Positions 62,901 through 64,000 of a stretch of DNA of 64,000 nucleotides are shown in pieces. The translations under genes and the position numbers were made by a program. How positions within the stretch are numbered: position 1 is the first letter of the stretch; each line of letters starts with the position of its first letter. This stretch comes from Eledone cirrhosa (taxonomy: Eukaryota): positions 309,690,001 through 309,754,000 of the forward strand of contig OZ024741.1 in NCBI GenBank assembly GCA_964016885.1, written 5' to 3'. The notes under the pieces were generated by a model. The model saw nothing but the letters and a program-made list of their open reading frames with translations. It was not told the origin of the DNA and made no database searches.

Positions 62901-62903
<3 letters not shown>
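61256..62903 (+). mobile_element. 5'-truncated RTE LINE (second subfamily) inserted in (TA)n
   Basis: RT with LYADD and the PHD-like insert; frameshift near 62610; ORF ends KTRPTLTSREKRT* directly followed by (ATG)n. Confidence 0.95.
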
Positions 62904-62965
<62 letters not shown>

Positions 62966-63003
62966 ATATTAACAAATGGAAACTATATTTATAAAACCAT
63001 ATT

Positions 63004-63069
63004 TATTTTATTATACATATTTCAAGAGTCACCAAGGCAAATTATGGTACACTTTCATCAGATAAAATA
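63004..63069 (-). ncRNA. Minimal type I hammerhead ribozyme, canonical core
   Basis: TATTTTAT-CTGATGA-AAGTGTACCA..TGGTGACTCTT-GAAA-TATGTA-TA^ATAAAATA (8-bp stem I), next to (TA)n. Confidence 0.8.
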
Positions 63070-63233
63070 CAATACCGATTTGTTTTATAAATAAATATTG
63101 ACATGCCCTGAAAAGTCGAGTGCTTTATATCAGTTCTAAAAATGTTTAAGCTTGTTGAATCCCAACAAATTAAATATAACCTCTGCATATATAACACACA
63201 CACACATAATACACACACATATAATACACACAA

Positions 63234-63340
63234 GTCCTATGCGAGCAAGACAATCACTCTTGCCTCAAGTGGGACTACCCCCGTCCAAACCCATGCAAGC
63301 GTGGAACACGGACGTTAAACGTTGATGATGATGATGATGA

Positions 63341-63343
<3 letters not shown>
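63234..63343 (+). mobile_element. Short 3'-end copy of the 30-kb RTE subfamily
   Basis: Nearly identical to the reverse complement of 30021-30115, with about 10 extra nt. Confidence 0.88.
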
Positions 63344-63386
<43 letters not shown>

Positions 63387-63926
63387 CACACACATACATA
63401 GTTTTTCCAAATTGAAGGATGAGTATTTAAGCTTTATTTTATTCTGAGTTAAGGTTTTTCCCTGGATTTCACAAAATTCTATGGATTAATCTGTGTCTTG
63501 ATTTTTTTTTAATTGAGTTTGAATTATTTTCCCATATAATACACACATATATATATAATACACACATATATATATATAATACACACATATATATATATAA
63601 TACACACATACATATATATAATACACACATATATATATAATACACACATATATATATAATACAAACATATATATATATAATTGTTTCTATTTTTTTGGCA
63701 CAAGGCCAGCAATTATCCAGTACATTACTGGTACTTTATGTTATCGCCCCCCGTAAGGATGAAAGGCAAAGTTAACCTCGGCGGGATTTAAACTCAGAAT
63801 GGCAAGGGCCGGAACACTATACGTCAAAGCATGGTGTCTGACCCTCTACCGATATATATATATATATATATAATAAACACACACACATATATATATAATA
63901 CACACACACATATGTATATATATATT

Positions 63927-63962
<36 letters not shown>

Positions 63963-64000
63963 TACACACACACATATGTATATATATATTACACACACAC

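Overview
AT-rich, microsatellite- and SINE-dense metazoan DNA, most likely an octopus (inferred from the repeat landscape). It holds two host genes: a class A GPCR with an intronless CDS (9396-10565, +) and glia maturation factor (GMF, -; five coding exons at 58335-29601, ATG exon not located). The rest is mostly mobile DNA: an intact RTE LINE with a PHD-like insert, fronted by about 9 promoter-like 5' monomers; truncated RTE copies; a DD37D (maT) transposon; TTAA MITEs; two SINE families; and R4/Dong and CR1-like relics. The main finding is a set of hammerhead-ribozyme (HHR) elements, found by hand-folding and lying in or beside (TA)n tracts. It comprises four core-intact type I HHRs, variant and half HHRs, Penelope-style foldback insertions, and a 5.6-copy array of apparently identical 607-bp units that each fold into a large variant HHR (candidate retrozyme or circular-RNA-derived array). 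No ribozyme activity or database match was tested. Most ORF-track entries are microsatellite noise.
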